Below are positions 51,161 through 64,000 of a stretch of 64,000 nucleotides of DNA, one piece after another (position 1 is the stretch's first letter; the number at the start of each line of letters is the position of its first letter). The notes below the pieces were generated by a model that saw nothing but the letters and a program-made list of their open reading frames with translations, ran no database searches and was not told where the DNA came from. The translations under genes were made by a program, and so were the position numbers. Origin of the DNA: Octopus sinensis (Eukaryota); contig NC_043004.1 in NCBI RefSeq assembly GCF_006345805.1, forward strand, positions 57,722,001-57,786,000, written 5' to 3'.

Positions 51161-53038
51161 ATGGAAACTTCAGCAACATCGATAAACAAACATAGAGACG
51201 TGTCTGATGACGGCGTGAGAAGGGCGGTAGAAAGAGTGATAGAGGAGGAGAGAAAGAGAGAGGGAGAAGGAGAGAGAGAGACAGAAAGCTAGATGTATGT
51301 CTATACATATGTATATGCATGAAGCCAAATATTATTCACAAAATAGAAAACTAGAGAAAAGCATAATATTCATCTCTTACAGAATATTGTTAATGCAAGT
51401 AATTGTTGCACATCATATACACTGGAAGACTACATCCTACTTACACCTGGACAAAGACAGCGGTAAGAGAAAATATAATTTAATCATGTTTGAGACAATT
51501 TAATCATGATGTCGTTTACGCTTCACGTGTTAGATAATCAAGATTGACTTTCAATCTACTTTCAATCTAATTGTTTTCTTTCATTAATTTCCACGTACGT
51601 CGGACAGACTATTGTACCTCCTGACAGAATACAAAACATATTAATCTCAAGATACCAAAGTATTATCCACATGGTCCGTGCACATTTATATATTATATAA
51701 GAACTGGTTTTGAATAGCTGTGTATCCTGAAAATAGCGATAGAAATGAAATTGAGAGGTAGTCATGTTTATGGGGGAAAAAAAAGAAAGAAAAGAAATAC
51801 CACAATCAGGTACAAAAACGATGCCAGAGTAGTTACCGTGTCTTTCTGCTATATTCTATTCCATCCAGATTAGTTATTAACCAAATGCTGAATTATATAA
51901 TAGAGAGGATTTTAATGACATCGCTAATGTAGAATCTTATTAATTAAGCCACATACTAGAAAGAACCCTATCTAATTTCCAGTAATGCAGAAAAATCGTT
52001 ATTTAGTTAATATTTTCAGAGTAGCTAATATACAGACGTGCACAGAATACCTTATCATAATTAGGTGCATTGTGATATTGATGCGTTTCGAACACGAGTG
52101 CATATTGTTCGATTTTTATCTTCATATATGACAACTGACATTTGAGATTCAGGCAGTCGCCATTTGTTCAGTAGGTAACATCATAAAACCATTTCTAAAT
52201 GTCAACATCAAACGATGTGTGAACATTTGGTGGCGGCTGCTATAGGATTTTTATAGCATTCTTTGAACTGTATGGAATTTGTTACGTCATTTCTATATTC
52301 TGTATTAAATTCTTAGTCAGCCATGTAGATACAAGTGTTAGTGGAGGGTAAAACTTACTTGAGAGATCCATGATTCCTTGTCATTTGATAAACAGATATT
52401 AATAGCCATGAACGTCTAGAGTATCGAAGGAGCAGGATAGAGCAGCATATCAGTGAGTAATTGTTATTGATGTTAGGTCGAGTTGGCTGACATATCTGTC
52501 ACCTTCATACGCCTATATACTGCTAAATGAAGGCTTTCTAGGTAACTTAACGATATTAAAACTATGGATGTAACACAAGCGCATCTATCTAGAGAATCGT
52601 TCTTTGCGGTTGTAATAACAATAATGCTAGTAGTAGTAGTCCTTTGTACTAAAGACTCAAGGCCTGCAAATTTTTTTGAGTGTGTGTGGAGGAATCTAAT
52701 CGGTTATATCGGCCCCAGTACATATTGGTATTTATTTCATCGATCCCGAAAGGCTGAAAGGCAAAGTCGACACCGGTGGAACTTGTCTAAAGAAACAAGG
52801 GCGAAGCATTTTCTTGACGCTCTAACGATTCTGCCATTCTCCCAAATTTTAGTAATAATATTTTTGCATTAAACACACTAGATTTGACATTTGATGAAAA
52901 GAAATATGTTGTCCTCCGTACTTCATTTTATAGATCCATTCGGGGTGCATAGTAATACACAATCAGTTTCGTAAAGCCTTTGAATAGTTACCAATAACTT
53001 TTGACATAATAAATTCCCGGTAGTATTAAGCTCTGTAA

Positions 53039-53271
53039 GGCGGCGAGCTGGTAGAGTCGTTAGCACGCCGGGCGAAATGCATAGCGTATTTCGTCTGCCG
53101 CAACGTTCTGAGTTGAAATTCCGCCGAGGTCGGCTTTGCCTTTCATCTTTTTGGGGTCGATAAATTAAGTACCAGCTACGCACTGGGGTCGATGTAATCG
53201 ACTTAATCCCTTTGTCTGTCCTTGTTTGTCCCCTCTATGTTTAACAACTTGTGGGCAATAAAGAAATAAGA
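53039..53271 (+). mobile_element. SINE family 2, full length
   Basis: 14-bp TSD ATTAAGCTC(T/C)GTAA at 53025-53038 and 53272-53285. Confidence 0.92.
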
Positions 53272-54987
53272 ATTAAGCTCCGTAAACTGTTTGAATATTT
53301 TCTCACATCATTTGTTAACATTCAATGATTTATGCAGGTTTTTCTTTTCCTAAATCTAAAATGCGTTCAGTCTTACTTGAAACCAAAAATGAATCACTTT
53401 ATGTATTTTCGATAATACTTGAGAGATGACGATGAACTACCTCATCAGCATTGAAGAGGCATTTTGACTGTATTTCATAAAACAAATATTAGTTTCTTAT
53501 TTTATTGAAACACTTTATTACTGTGGTTAATTCTTGATTGTTGGTGGCGAAGTTCTCTATGAAGTGTTATTCTAACTTGAAATTTAGTATGACATAAAAG
53601 CCATTCATTAAGTACACCAATTTCCTTTGAACAAAATGCAGACATCAGATTTCCAAGTTTGCATTTAATAACAGTATTACTTCAATCTTAACTTAGTAAA
53701 CCTTATTGGACAGCTTTCTTCAGTTAGCTTCTTTTTCTTAGAAGCTGTTCCCTGAAGAATCTTATTGAAGAATAAGACGATAAAAATATTTCAGATAATA
53801 TTATATTGGATAATATAAAATTAGTTCATTAATCCTTTCTCAAATACTAATAATAGCACTTAATCAAAGAGCTGATGCCACTGGCAGAGAATCCGCCATT
53901 CATTCAGTTTCCCAGCGATATCCGTAATGAGAATTTAGACTAAGGTGGGTGTCATTAACTATGAATTCCTGTGCTATTAAAAACCTGCTATAAAAAACTG
54001 AAAGAGGCAAATTGGAATTCTTGCATCCATTGTGGAGTCCTATTTCCATTCGCATTTTGTCTTTTTCCTGATTAACCGCAATTATTCAAAAGTAATTTAC
54101 TCAGAATAAATCACACTCTATAGAAGATGCTTCGAAGGACATATACTGTAATAATTCTTTACTCATATGGAAACATGAAATGATTAAATCCGAGGAAATT
54201 TCCGCAGGAAATTAGATAAATTTTTTGTGCATCACATGTATCATGCATTTGCCTGGAAAAATAGTGGAAAATATATTTAAAATGCAAATAAACAATTTGT
54301 TATTTAACGCAGACGAAATGGAATCAAGTATTAAATAGATACTTTTTATAGGTTATAGGTTCGAAAATAGCTCGTTATTAGCTCTATTTGTGGAAGAGAC
54401 GAAATGGATTTTTGTAATACTTTGTTCTACGGCAGTTAATATAAAGAAAACATCGTAGCTACAATCGTGAATTGCATAGAAGTCAGTCGTTACAATACAT
54501 ATTATTTTAAACATTAAGCGCAGATTTATTGCTAGACTCAAAGTAAGAACTAGTTCGTGTCTCTGCCGTTCGACAAAGAGGCTTCGGCTATATGGTCAGC
54601 TGAATAACTTGCTACTGGAATAACGAGCGATTTATCATTCTCCAGACAGGAGTACCGTTAACGTAATTTTCAGGTATGATCCGTGTAACACATCTTTTAA
54701 TTAGTAGTTTCAATCCGTCCGGGGAGTTTCTATACTCTTCTGTCTCCCCAACTTTATTTACAAGCTTAATACTGCTGACAATGTATGGGCAACATCAAAT
54801 GACGTTTAACATATACAGAGCGATCCTGGGGCCTAGTGATTGTGATGCAGAGTTCTTAACTCTTCGACCATATTGTGCTGTTCTCGAATATATATGTACA
54901 GTAAATAGAAAAAATACCTATAGACACCTACTCCAAGGAGAACTCATAGCTATGCTGGCATTAACATATTAGAATTGAATGAGGTCA

Positions 54988-55437
54988 AAGGCGGCGAGCT
55001 GGCAGAAACGTTAGCCCTCCGGGCGAAATGCTTAGCGGTATTTCGTCTGCCATTACGTTCTGAGTTCCAATTCCGCCCAGGTCGACTTTACCTTTCATCA
55101 TTTCGGGGTCGATACATTAAGTACCAATTACGCACTGGAGCCTGTGTAATCGACTTAATCCTTTTGTCTGTCCTTGTTTGTCCCCTCTATGTTTAGCTCC
55201 TTGTGGGCAATAAAGAAATGAGAAACATTAGCCCACCGGGCGAAATGCTTAGCAGTATTTCTTCTGCCGTTACATTCTGAGTTCAAATTCCGCCGAGGTC
55301 GAATTTGCCTTTCATTCTTTCGGGGTCGATAAATTGAGTACCAATCACGCACTGGGCTCGATGTAATCGATTTAATCAGTTTCTCTGTCCTTGGTTGTCC
55401 CCTCTATGTTTAACCTCTTGTGAGCAATAAAGAAATA
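54988..55437 (+). mobile_element. SINE family 2 tandem dimer within one TSD
   Basis: 17-bp TSD AGAATTGAATGAGGTCA at 54971-54987 and 55438-55454. Confidence 0.92.
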
Positions 55438-57447
55438 AGAATTGAATGAGGTCATGCAATGACTATCAACGTGATTTTAGGTGAGTACACCGAGAATTAC
55501 AAAAAACAAAGAGAAAATTATCCTGAGTCAACACCTTATTCTAATTGATCCAATCTAATTTAATTTGAATTTCTATTTGTCTTCTGTTACTCTTCACTAA
55601 AATTGATCTTTGAGCTAATAAAAAAAATGTAATCTTAATAAATAAATTTATATTGGCTCTCACTATATTAAATATGTTAGCATCAATTTCACTAAGTACT
55701 ATAATTACTCACTATTCTAAATTTTATGTTGATTTACGTACATGAAAAGTGTCTAGAATTTCATTTAAGGTAAATTCATGCTTTTGATATTTTTGAAGGA
55801 ATATGTAGCTCAAGCTTCCATATTGGTAGGCAATGAATGTTATGTTCTTAAGCAGAGTTGTTATTCATGACAATATATTCTTTAACGTTCCGTTTATAGC
55901 TTTCAGATTAAACTGTTATTAGCACCGTTAACTTAATCTCTCTCATATATTTTAGAGAAAATAAATGCTCAGTTGCCTAAGTTGCCCTTAATTACAAGAA
56001 ATATCATTAACGAAAATGTTTTCTATTTTTGTTTCTTTTTTTTTTTTCAATTATGAGTGTATTTTCCAGTGATTTGAAAAGCTAGATCTCTAAATCACAA
56101 AGGATAGTTCCTAAAAAAGGAAAGAATAAAATAAAAATCCTCATGTCATAATATCCAATAAAATTTCTTTATATTTCATGATGGTTATCAACGGCATTTC
56201 TAAATAAATTTCTTGAAATATATAGAATCTTTACGGAGATGTACTCGCATAGCAAGTATTTTGATCTGAGATCGTGTGCTGGAACGAAAACAATGGCAGC
56301 ATGGAAGGTGTTTGTAAGACATTTAAGAAACACACAAAAGCCGTTCGATTCGCTTCAACATTTAAGTTTAATTTGTCAAAATATTTTCGTCGCTAAAATC
56401 CGCGACCTGTTCACTGACAAAAATCCATAGAATCCTTGTATTACTGAATGAACTTATATTTTATGGTATTTTAAAATGTATTTATGAATTTTCTTGTTCT
56501 GTATTTCGGTCACCTAAAAGCTATGTTCCAAACTTCTCTCCATTCTGGGTTCATTAATATATTGTGCAAAAAGAAAGGCTTTCTAATTTATGTGCATCGA
56601 TTTTTGTTTTTCTTTATTCTATGCGTCCTTAACGTAGTCTATTCTCTCAACATGATAGCTTTATCCGAGATACGCATTTTGACTAGTTTTCTAATGACAC
56701 AATAATAATGTATATTTATGGACACAGACAGAACTGACATTTAGCTCCTTGTCTAAACTTTCATTAATAGGTCAAGTACACCATTCAAGTTATTTTCACG
56801 GCTTTATAGAAATGTGGTGTTTCCCTACATAATTAAGGTTGTTCATAGTTACACTTCTCCCAAACTTTCTTGTATAATCGTTTTGTTCTTATCCCCCAGA
56901 GCAAAATAAAACATCTAATATCTATTAATATAAATTATCTTTATATGACCTATACTAAAACAGAACAATTGGAATTGCATAAACTACAATCAAAACTGGA
57001 AATCTATTAAGAAATATTTCGTGGATTTATGGTCTGCTTTCAAAATATATTTCAACCATAAGAATATCCTAAGATTAGCAAATATACAATGAAACAAATA
57101 TGAATAAAAGGACGGCATTGTTATTTTTAATGTAGTTCTTAATGTACATCAGTCACAACAACATAAACGAGAAACAGCAGTAATGAGAGAGAAAATATTT
57201 TACAGTTTTAAAGTTATTACCAAAAGCAATAATATTTCCTCAATAATATTTCCCCCCTTGCTTTATATAGAATTCAAATAATTTATAGATTCTATAGTGA
57301 AATGACATCACAGATCTTATATATCAAATTGAAGTATTTTAATGAAAGATTCGGGAATGGACAATATGTAAGGAAAATTGAATATAATTAGGACTAACGA
57401 AAGTGATGTATTTTCTGTAGAACTATTTCTGAAATGACCAAGCCAAA

Positions 57448-57761
<314 letters not shown>

Positions 57762-58361
57762 GCGTGTCTGTCTGTGTGTCTGTCTGTGTGTCTGTCTGTT
57801 TATCTATTTTTTCTGTGGAAGAACAAAACAGCAAGACAAACCTAAATTACGCTCGCAGCCTGTATTGAACAACGGGATATATCATAGATATCCTACCTTG
57901 CTTCTAACGGGTGAATATATCAAATATCATTTATTACGAAGTCATTTCTATAGTGTTCGTGTAATATTTATGATTTTAAAATCATATTAATTATTAATGA
58001 CATATTAATAACCATTAAAATAATATCACAGCGTTTTCTCTTTATAACTTTTCGTTTTATATCATCTAGATATCAGCAGGACATCAAAGTAATAGCAATC
58101 TGATATGAATGACGGCTTTGCCTCCCTACGTTTAATTGATTTTTCTTTAAATTCAAAATTTGTCGCTTTCTCTCATTTGTAGGTCAAAGTCGATCCTGAC
58201 AGGTTATCATAAATATCAAATCATGTATCCATCCGTCAATGAAAAGTCCGATACGCACACACGCACACGCGCACATACATTCGTGAGCGCGGACACACGC
58301 ACGGTCACACAACACACATACTAACACACACTCCGAAATTCACAAACGCGCGCGCGCACAC

Positions 58362-58418
<57 letters not shown>

Positions 58419-58419
58419 G

Positions 58420-58725
58420 GTGGAGGCGCAATGGCCTAGTGGTTAGGGCAGCTGACTCGCGGTCGTAGGATCGCGGTTTCGATTCCCAGACCGGGCGTTG
58501 TGAGTGTTTATTGAGCGAAAACACCTTAAAGCTCCACGAGGATCCGGCAGGGGGTGGTGATGCCTGCTGTACTCTTTCACCACTCTTTCTCTCACTCTTT
58601 CGTCTGTTGGCCTGCTCGCTTAGCCAGCGGGGTGGCGTCATTCGAAGGCTAAAACAATGCGAACGCATTGTGACCAGCGATGTGTAACAACATCTGATGG
58701 TCTGGTCGGTCACGTGATCACGTGA
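58420..58725 (+). mobile_element. SINE family 3, tail B, in (TA)n
   Basis: First ~180 nt match 4993/46519; the tail is unrelated and ends CACGTGATCACGTGA. Confidence 0.9.
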
Positions 58726-58920
58726 TATATATATATATAGAGATAGAGTGAGAGATAGAGGGAGTGTGAGAGACAGAGATAGATGGACAAATAGATAGAT
58801 AGATAGATAATCGAGAAGACCAGTGTTGTTTGTGTTTATGTATATTGCTGATCACATGAATATATATCCATCAAAAGCCGTACCCTCGTCTCACACGCAC
58901 ATATACATATGTAATAAATA

Positions 58921-58979
58921 TGATTGATTGATTGATTCTAGTTTCAGCTTATGAGCTGTGGCCATGCTGGGGCACCGCC
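58921..58979 (-). mobile_element. CR1/L2-group 3' end fragment
   Basis: Reverse complement of the 19633 motif with an (AATC)n tail. Confidence 0.7.
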
Positions 58980-59447
58980 ATATAATAATGGTAAATATCA
59001 TAATACGATTGGTGTGCGAGGGTTGGTAGGGGTGCGTGCTCGTGCTAATGGTACTGGTAATAATAAATATAAAGGGACCAAAGAGAACGTGTACAAAGAA
59101 AAGAAAAAAAAGAAAATACATGACTCATATTCCTTTAACCACATCGTGCTAAATATCTACGTTCTTATGTATCTATGTATAAAAACAAATTATCAGGCTA
59201 TTTTCGAAAGAACGTTTCACATGGATATGGTCTGTTATATTTCCTTATGAGGATTTTGATACGTTCTATATCTGTGCATCAATGATTACGAGTAAGGTAC
59301 ACCACCTTGAAAAATATAAAACTCAAGAATGTAAATACATTTGTAATTCCACAACTGAAAGGAAGCAATCTGGTATCAATTTATATACACCCGTATATAT
59401 TTATATATCTATGTATATATGTATATGTATGTGTGTGTGTGCGTGTT

Positions 59448-59489
<42 letters not shown>

Positions 59490-59608
59490 ATATATATATA
59501 TGAATTCTCTCATGCACCAAACATCATTTTCTAAAAAGAATTAGTGAAGAAAAATTATGCAGCAACACCAAATTGCGGTGCCCCAGCATGGCTACAGTAT
59601 ATATATAT

Positions 59609-59994
59609 AGGTACTGGTAACCACTATAAGCTGTAGTGGAGAACAGTTCATACGTCTGCTGAGGCTGACCAAAGGATTTTATATTTAGATATATCTGGGG
59701 TAATTATATGTACTCATGATTTTTCCTTCGGCTTTTTCCATGGGCGTTTGTAAGTATTTCATTTATGTCTGTTCGTATTTTCTACTGAAGAGGAAAAATT
59801 CTATTATCAATTCCGAAATTGATTCAATATAGAAATAACGAAATTTTTAAAACAATTCTGTTAGCCAGTTTTCCTCGATTTCAGCTCTACGTATTTTCTG
59901 TAGCGAGTAAATAATATGTGGAAATTGACGATTTAAAAGTCTGTTATCAGCATATTGGCATAGAAGTAATTTTCTTTAGCCCTTGTTTATAAGT
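59609..59994 (+). mobile_element. Hammerhead-containing non-coding element (Penelope-like or retrozyme-like) between (TA)n tracts
   Basis: Unique sequence bounded by TA repeats and containing an intact hammerhead. Confidence 0.6.
59772..59842 (+). ncRNA. Type I hammerhead ribozyme with a canonical core
   Basis: Stem I TTCGT..TTTCTA/TAGAAA..ACGAA; CTGAAGA 59785-59791; stem II GGAA/TTCC; GAAA 59815-59818; stem III TTG-ATT-CAA; AUA triplet, cleavage predicted after 59829. Confidence 0.82.
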
Positions 59995-60017
59995 TATATA
60001 TATGTATATATATATGT

Positions 60018-60086
<69 letters not shown>

Positions 60087-60383
60087 ATATTTCGGGACGG
60101 TGATTTTTTTTTTGCCAAATAAACACACGCACAATATATTCCTTCTTCAATCGTTTATTATTGTTCTTCTTTCATTTCATGTCCATTGTCTGGAAATCTT
60201 TTGTTACATACTTGTGACCGTTTCAGTGACCCTTTCTATTCAAATATATGCTCCTGCTCCACCAACCACATCTGCTTTAACACACGAGTTCACATCAGAA
60301 ATCTTGCAAAACAAATTCATAAGCATAGTTATATATGCCGACATGCATTAGTGCGTTTTTAGTTTTGTACATATTAAAGAATG

Positions 60384-60450
<67 letters not shown>

Positions 60451-60967
60451 GAGCATCCATTCTATATAGAAGTATATACATATATTTAATATCATCTGGG
60501 TAATAACCTCATAAAACGCATTTCACGCTGCCAAAATGTCATTATTTACCATATTTCTTCATACAGCATGATTATTCTTTTTACTGGAAATACCTGTAGG
60601 AATTCGTTTGTGTACGCAGAATTCATAGCAAAATTTATAACACAAGAATATTCAATACACACGCTTTAATTACAATTTACAATAATTTCTTCAGTGCATT
60701 GGCAACAGCTGTTAATTGCTGAGTTTTCCATATCATAATGTAATATGAATATTATATAAATAAATATTATCCAACTGTGCGCGCATCATCAGGCGAGTGG
60801 TTCTGAGTGCAAGGAAAGCATTGCTGCAATGTTTGATTAAACCATGCTCATTACATCTTAATTTATAACTTTATATATACATATATATATACAAAGAGGG
60901 AGAGAGAGAGGCAGACAGGTAGAGAGAGAAATAGGTAGATAGATAAATAAATAGGCAGATAGATAGA

Positions 60968-61296
60968 TCTTGCAAGCGAGATACGAAATCAATAGATCTA
61001 GACGCCCTGCGATGTGAGGAGGTTGAAAATGATCGCCCACGCTGGAGACAAAGGGGAGAGAAACTGAAACTTGCCGCCCCCCACCAAAAAAAAAAGATGC
61101 GCTCGGGGGAAAGGAAATTCGGTAAAGCAGGCAGACAACTTTTCAAAGGCTGTCGCTGCATAGCAGATGGCCACTAACTTGTGGTCCTCTTCAGACACAG
61201 CAAGCACTGCATCACTGTCAGCAGCTGACACAAATTCTCCAGGCGCAGGTCCATGGTCTCTCGAGATCGACGGGTGCCTAAGCGTGATAGCAGGTT
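60968..61296 (-). mobile_element. GC-rich, 5'-truncated coding fragment (~99 open codons, stop at 60998) between (GATA)n tracts
   Basis: Open frame PAITLRHP...EEDHKLVAICYAATAFEKL...LLTSQGV*; ~30-nt UTR; GATA repeats on both sides; protein not recognised. Confidence 0.5.
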
Positions 61297-61320
61297 AGAT
61301 AGATAGATAGATAGATAGAT

Positions 61321-61759
61321 AAGTTTCTTTATTGGCCACACAGGGCTGCACACAGATGGGACAAGTTACAAGGTAGAGCTATTCTTTTGGGGGATGAAGA
61401 GAACAAAAACAAAATAAAAAAAGGGGGTGGCGTAGGTTTTCGATCAAGAGGGATCGTAAAAGGGAAGAAAAGGAAAAAAAAATGAATAAAATAAAAAGAA
61501 TAAAAAGAAAAAAAAAGAAAAGGAAAAGGAACAAAAGGAAAGAGAAATGAAAAAAGAAGAAAAAAGGGGAAAAAAGGGGAAGAGGAAAAAAAAGAACGAT
61601 GAATAGGGATCGTGTATCACAGTGTTATGATATATGGTGTAAAGGGGAAAGCAAGTAAGGCTTATCCGTGGGAAGAAAAGCCTACGAAAAAGACCACGGT
61701 AACCTTGGTCAATATTGTTATATGTTACCACATTTGTTACCACATATGTTACCACATTT
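61321..61759 (-). mobile_element. LINE 3' UTR fragment (Tx1-like) inside (GATA)n
   Basis: Homologous to 57448-57636; 12-bp unit repeated three times at the 5' junction (61722-61759). Confidence 0.72.
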
Positions 61760-61845
<86 letters not shown>

Positions 61846-62928
61846 TAGATAGTAAATAAATGTGCCATGATAATTCTGATAGAAACGAAATCTCACATGA
61901 AATTGAAATGTTATCGCAGTAATTATTAAGGATTAGCTATGAAAACGCTTTAAAATTGTCAGCATATCCATGTTAGTAGCAGAAAATTATCTTTTCGACA
62001 CACACGCGCACGCACACACACACATGTATGTATGTATGTATTATGTATGTATGTATGTACGTATGTATTATGTATGTATGTATGAACGTATTTATGTAGG
62101 AGAAGTCATCGTTGTTTATTTTCTATAGAAATATGAATTTCGCAAGGGAACTCTGCAACTCGAAATAGAATTGAATTTTCTACTTCTCTAAATGCATTAA
62201 GGTCAGAAGGTGAGATAGCAGTAACTTTGACTTTTTAATACTTCCTTTGCAAGACGTTGCTATAATTTCTCTTGGGATTCCTTAAATGTTATGACCTTTT
62301 CAGACTATGCGATATTTTCATTAGGTAATCTTGGAGGGTGCCATTATTTATGATCAATAACCAGAGATTATTGGGTGAAAGCGTGGTCGCTGTAGAATAA
62401 TTCATTTGGTAACATGTAATGTCCTGCTTTCTTCTCATTCACAAATTTACTTTTGATATTATATAATAATAAAGAAATGACAATATTTTCAGTTTAAACT
62501 GTTACTTTACTTTTACAGCCAACGAGCGTTTGCTCCTAACATGTCATTTATGACAAGAAAAACTAACGTAATATCTCATGACTTAATACTCTAGAGACAT
62601 CTTTATAACGAGACATTTTACTTTCATTCTTTGGCATCTCTATTATTATTTTGACTACAAAAGAAAAACTGTCTATTAACTGAATTGATCACTTAATATC
62701 ATTTTATATCCCGGAACCTAAACATACACATCAAGATTTCGACCCAGTGAAAAGTTCTTTCTCTTTATGATTTTATAAGCGTCATTTTGAGGCCAACAAT
62801 GTTTTCACGCGCACAAATATTCTATCAAAAGAATATTTTCATACACACACTTACACAGAACGTAGCGGCAGACGAAATACCGCTAAGCATTTCGACTGGC
62901 GTGCCAACGTTTCTGCTCCATTATATAA

Positions 62929-62966
<38 letters not shown>

Positions 62967-63024
62967 TTCGCTTTCGATTGATCTGCAAGATTGTTTATGT
63001 GAATTCGTGTGTTGAAGCATATTC

Positions 63025-63230
63025 AGTTGCGTCTGGGGAGATTCTTTTTCTTTTGGTGCCTTATGATTTAACACACTCACCGATAAAATTTCAATAGTCT
63101 TGGCAATTGTAAAGGTTGCAAGACGCAACGAAAGTTTTAGAAAATAAAAATCAGAGATAAGTGGAAATTTTACCGATGAGTGTGTTAAAGTATAAGGCAC
63201 AAAAGGAAAATGATTCTCCCCAGACACAAC
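63025..63230. repeat. Fold-back inverted repeat with ~65-bp arms
   Basis: GTTGCGTCTGGGGAGA...AACACACTCACCGATAAAATTTC pairs with GAAATTTTACCGATGAGTGTGTT...CTCCCCAGACACAAC; the spacer holds GTTGC-AAGAC-GCAAC-GAAA. Confidence 0.85.
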
Positions 63231-63232
63231 AC

Positions 63233-63264
<32 letters not shown>

Positions 63265-63296
63265 TATATATTATATATAATATACATATATATATG

Positions 63297-63344
<48 letters not shown>

Positions 63345-63382
63345 TATATACACACAAACACACACACATATATATATATATG

Positions 63383-63652
63383 TAAGAATTTTTTTGCGTA
63401 ATGAGATAAAAAACCCAAGGTAGTGTAGATATTAGAACATCTATAGATAGAAGGTCTTACAGATGTTTCCAGGATATTTATTAATTATATCCCTTCACAT
63501 CTAAACTATGAGTTAATCAACTTCTCACACCGTCTCCATGGAGGGATATAATTAATAAATATCCTGGAAACAACTGTAAGACCTTCTATCTATGAATGTT
63601 TTAATATCTACGCAGCCTTGGTTTTTTTATCTGATTACGCAATAAATTCTTA
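63383..63652. repeat. Fold-back inverted repeat with ~110-bp arms containing hammerhead remnants (inverted Penelope pLTR-like)
   Basis: Arms are reverse-complementary; right arm reads GTCT-CCATGGA-GGGATAT..ATATCCT-G-GAAA-CAACTG-TA-AGAC. Confidence 0.85.
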
Positions 63653-64000
63653 TGTACAGACGCTGACATAGAACCGATGTTGAACCCCTTATTCGCAAAT
63701 TTACCGAATCTGGAACTTAACTATGGTCTGTCTATAGCACTTATTCAGCATTACCTGACACCTCTGCGTCTCAATGACTCCATTATCTTATATATATATA
63801 TATATACCTATATAGTAGTTTAGATTAATCACAGAATTTAATGGTGGGATTGGCAATTGAAGGGTAGATAAAATGGAGGAGAGAGAATGGGGAAATATTT
63901 TTGATCGTAGGGCAGAAAGGGAATGTGTATGAATAAAGTAAGTTAGGGCGGGGGATTTAAGCATGGCTAGTGGTTGTTTGTAGTCGAGAGGTTTCTGTGG

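Noticed and set aside
53440-54330. LFNADE-like pogo/Tigger motifs on opposite strands
   Set aside because: Isolated hexapeptides with no extendable frame

Overview
AT-rich, microsatellite-saturated eukaryotic DNA whose SINE families look like those of octopods (recognised from memory, not searched). There is no convincing host protein-coding gene: nearly all ORFs in the track are artefacts of microsatellites or SINEs, and only one candidate micro-exon was seen. The window is a mosaic of three tRNA-derived SINE families, LINE remnants (RTE, Tx1/L1-like, REL-type), a solo LTR, a non-autonomous Helitron, a maT transposase relic, Penelope-like fragments with hammerhead ribozymes, and a U6 pseudogene. 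The most notable locus is 5.5-8.3 kb. A 2.28 kb L1/Tx1-like element that encodes only ORF1 has inserted, with a 13-bp TSD, between the A and B boxes of a SINE that directly follows a U6 copy. It has a repairable CCHC knuckle, an extra C-terminal region and an array of GAGG-N7/8-CCTC-type palindromes in its 3' UTR. Also notable are an intact type I hammerhead at 59.8 kb and several retroelement families that each sit in a different microsatellite motif. Boundaries of old repeats are approximate.
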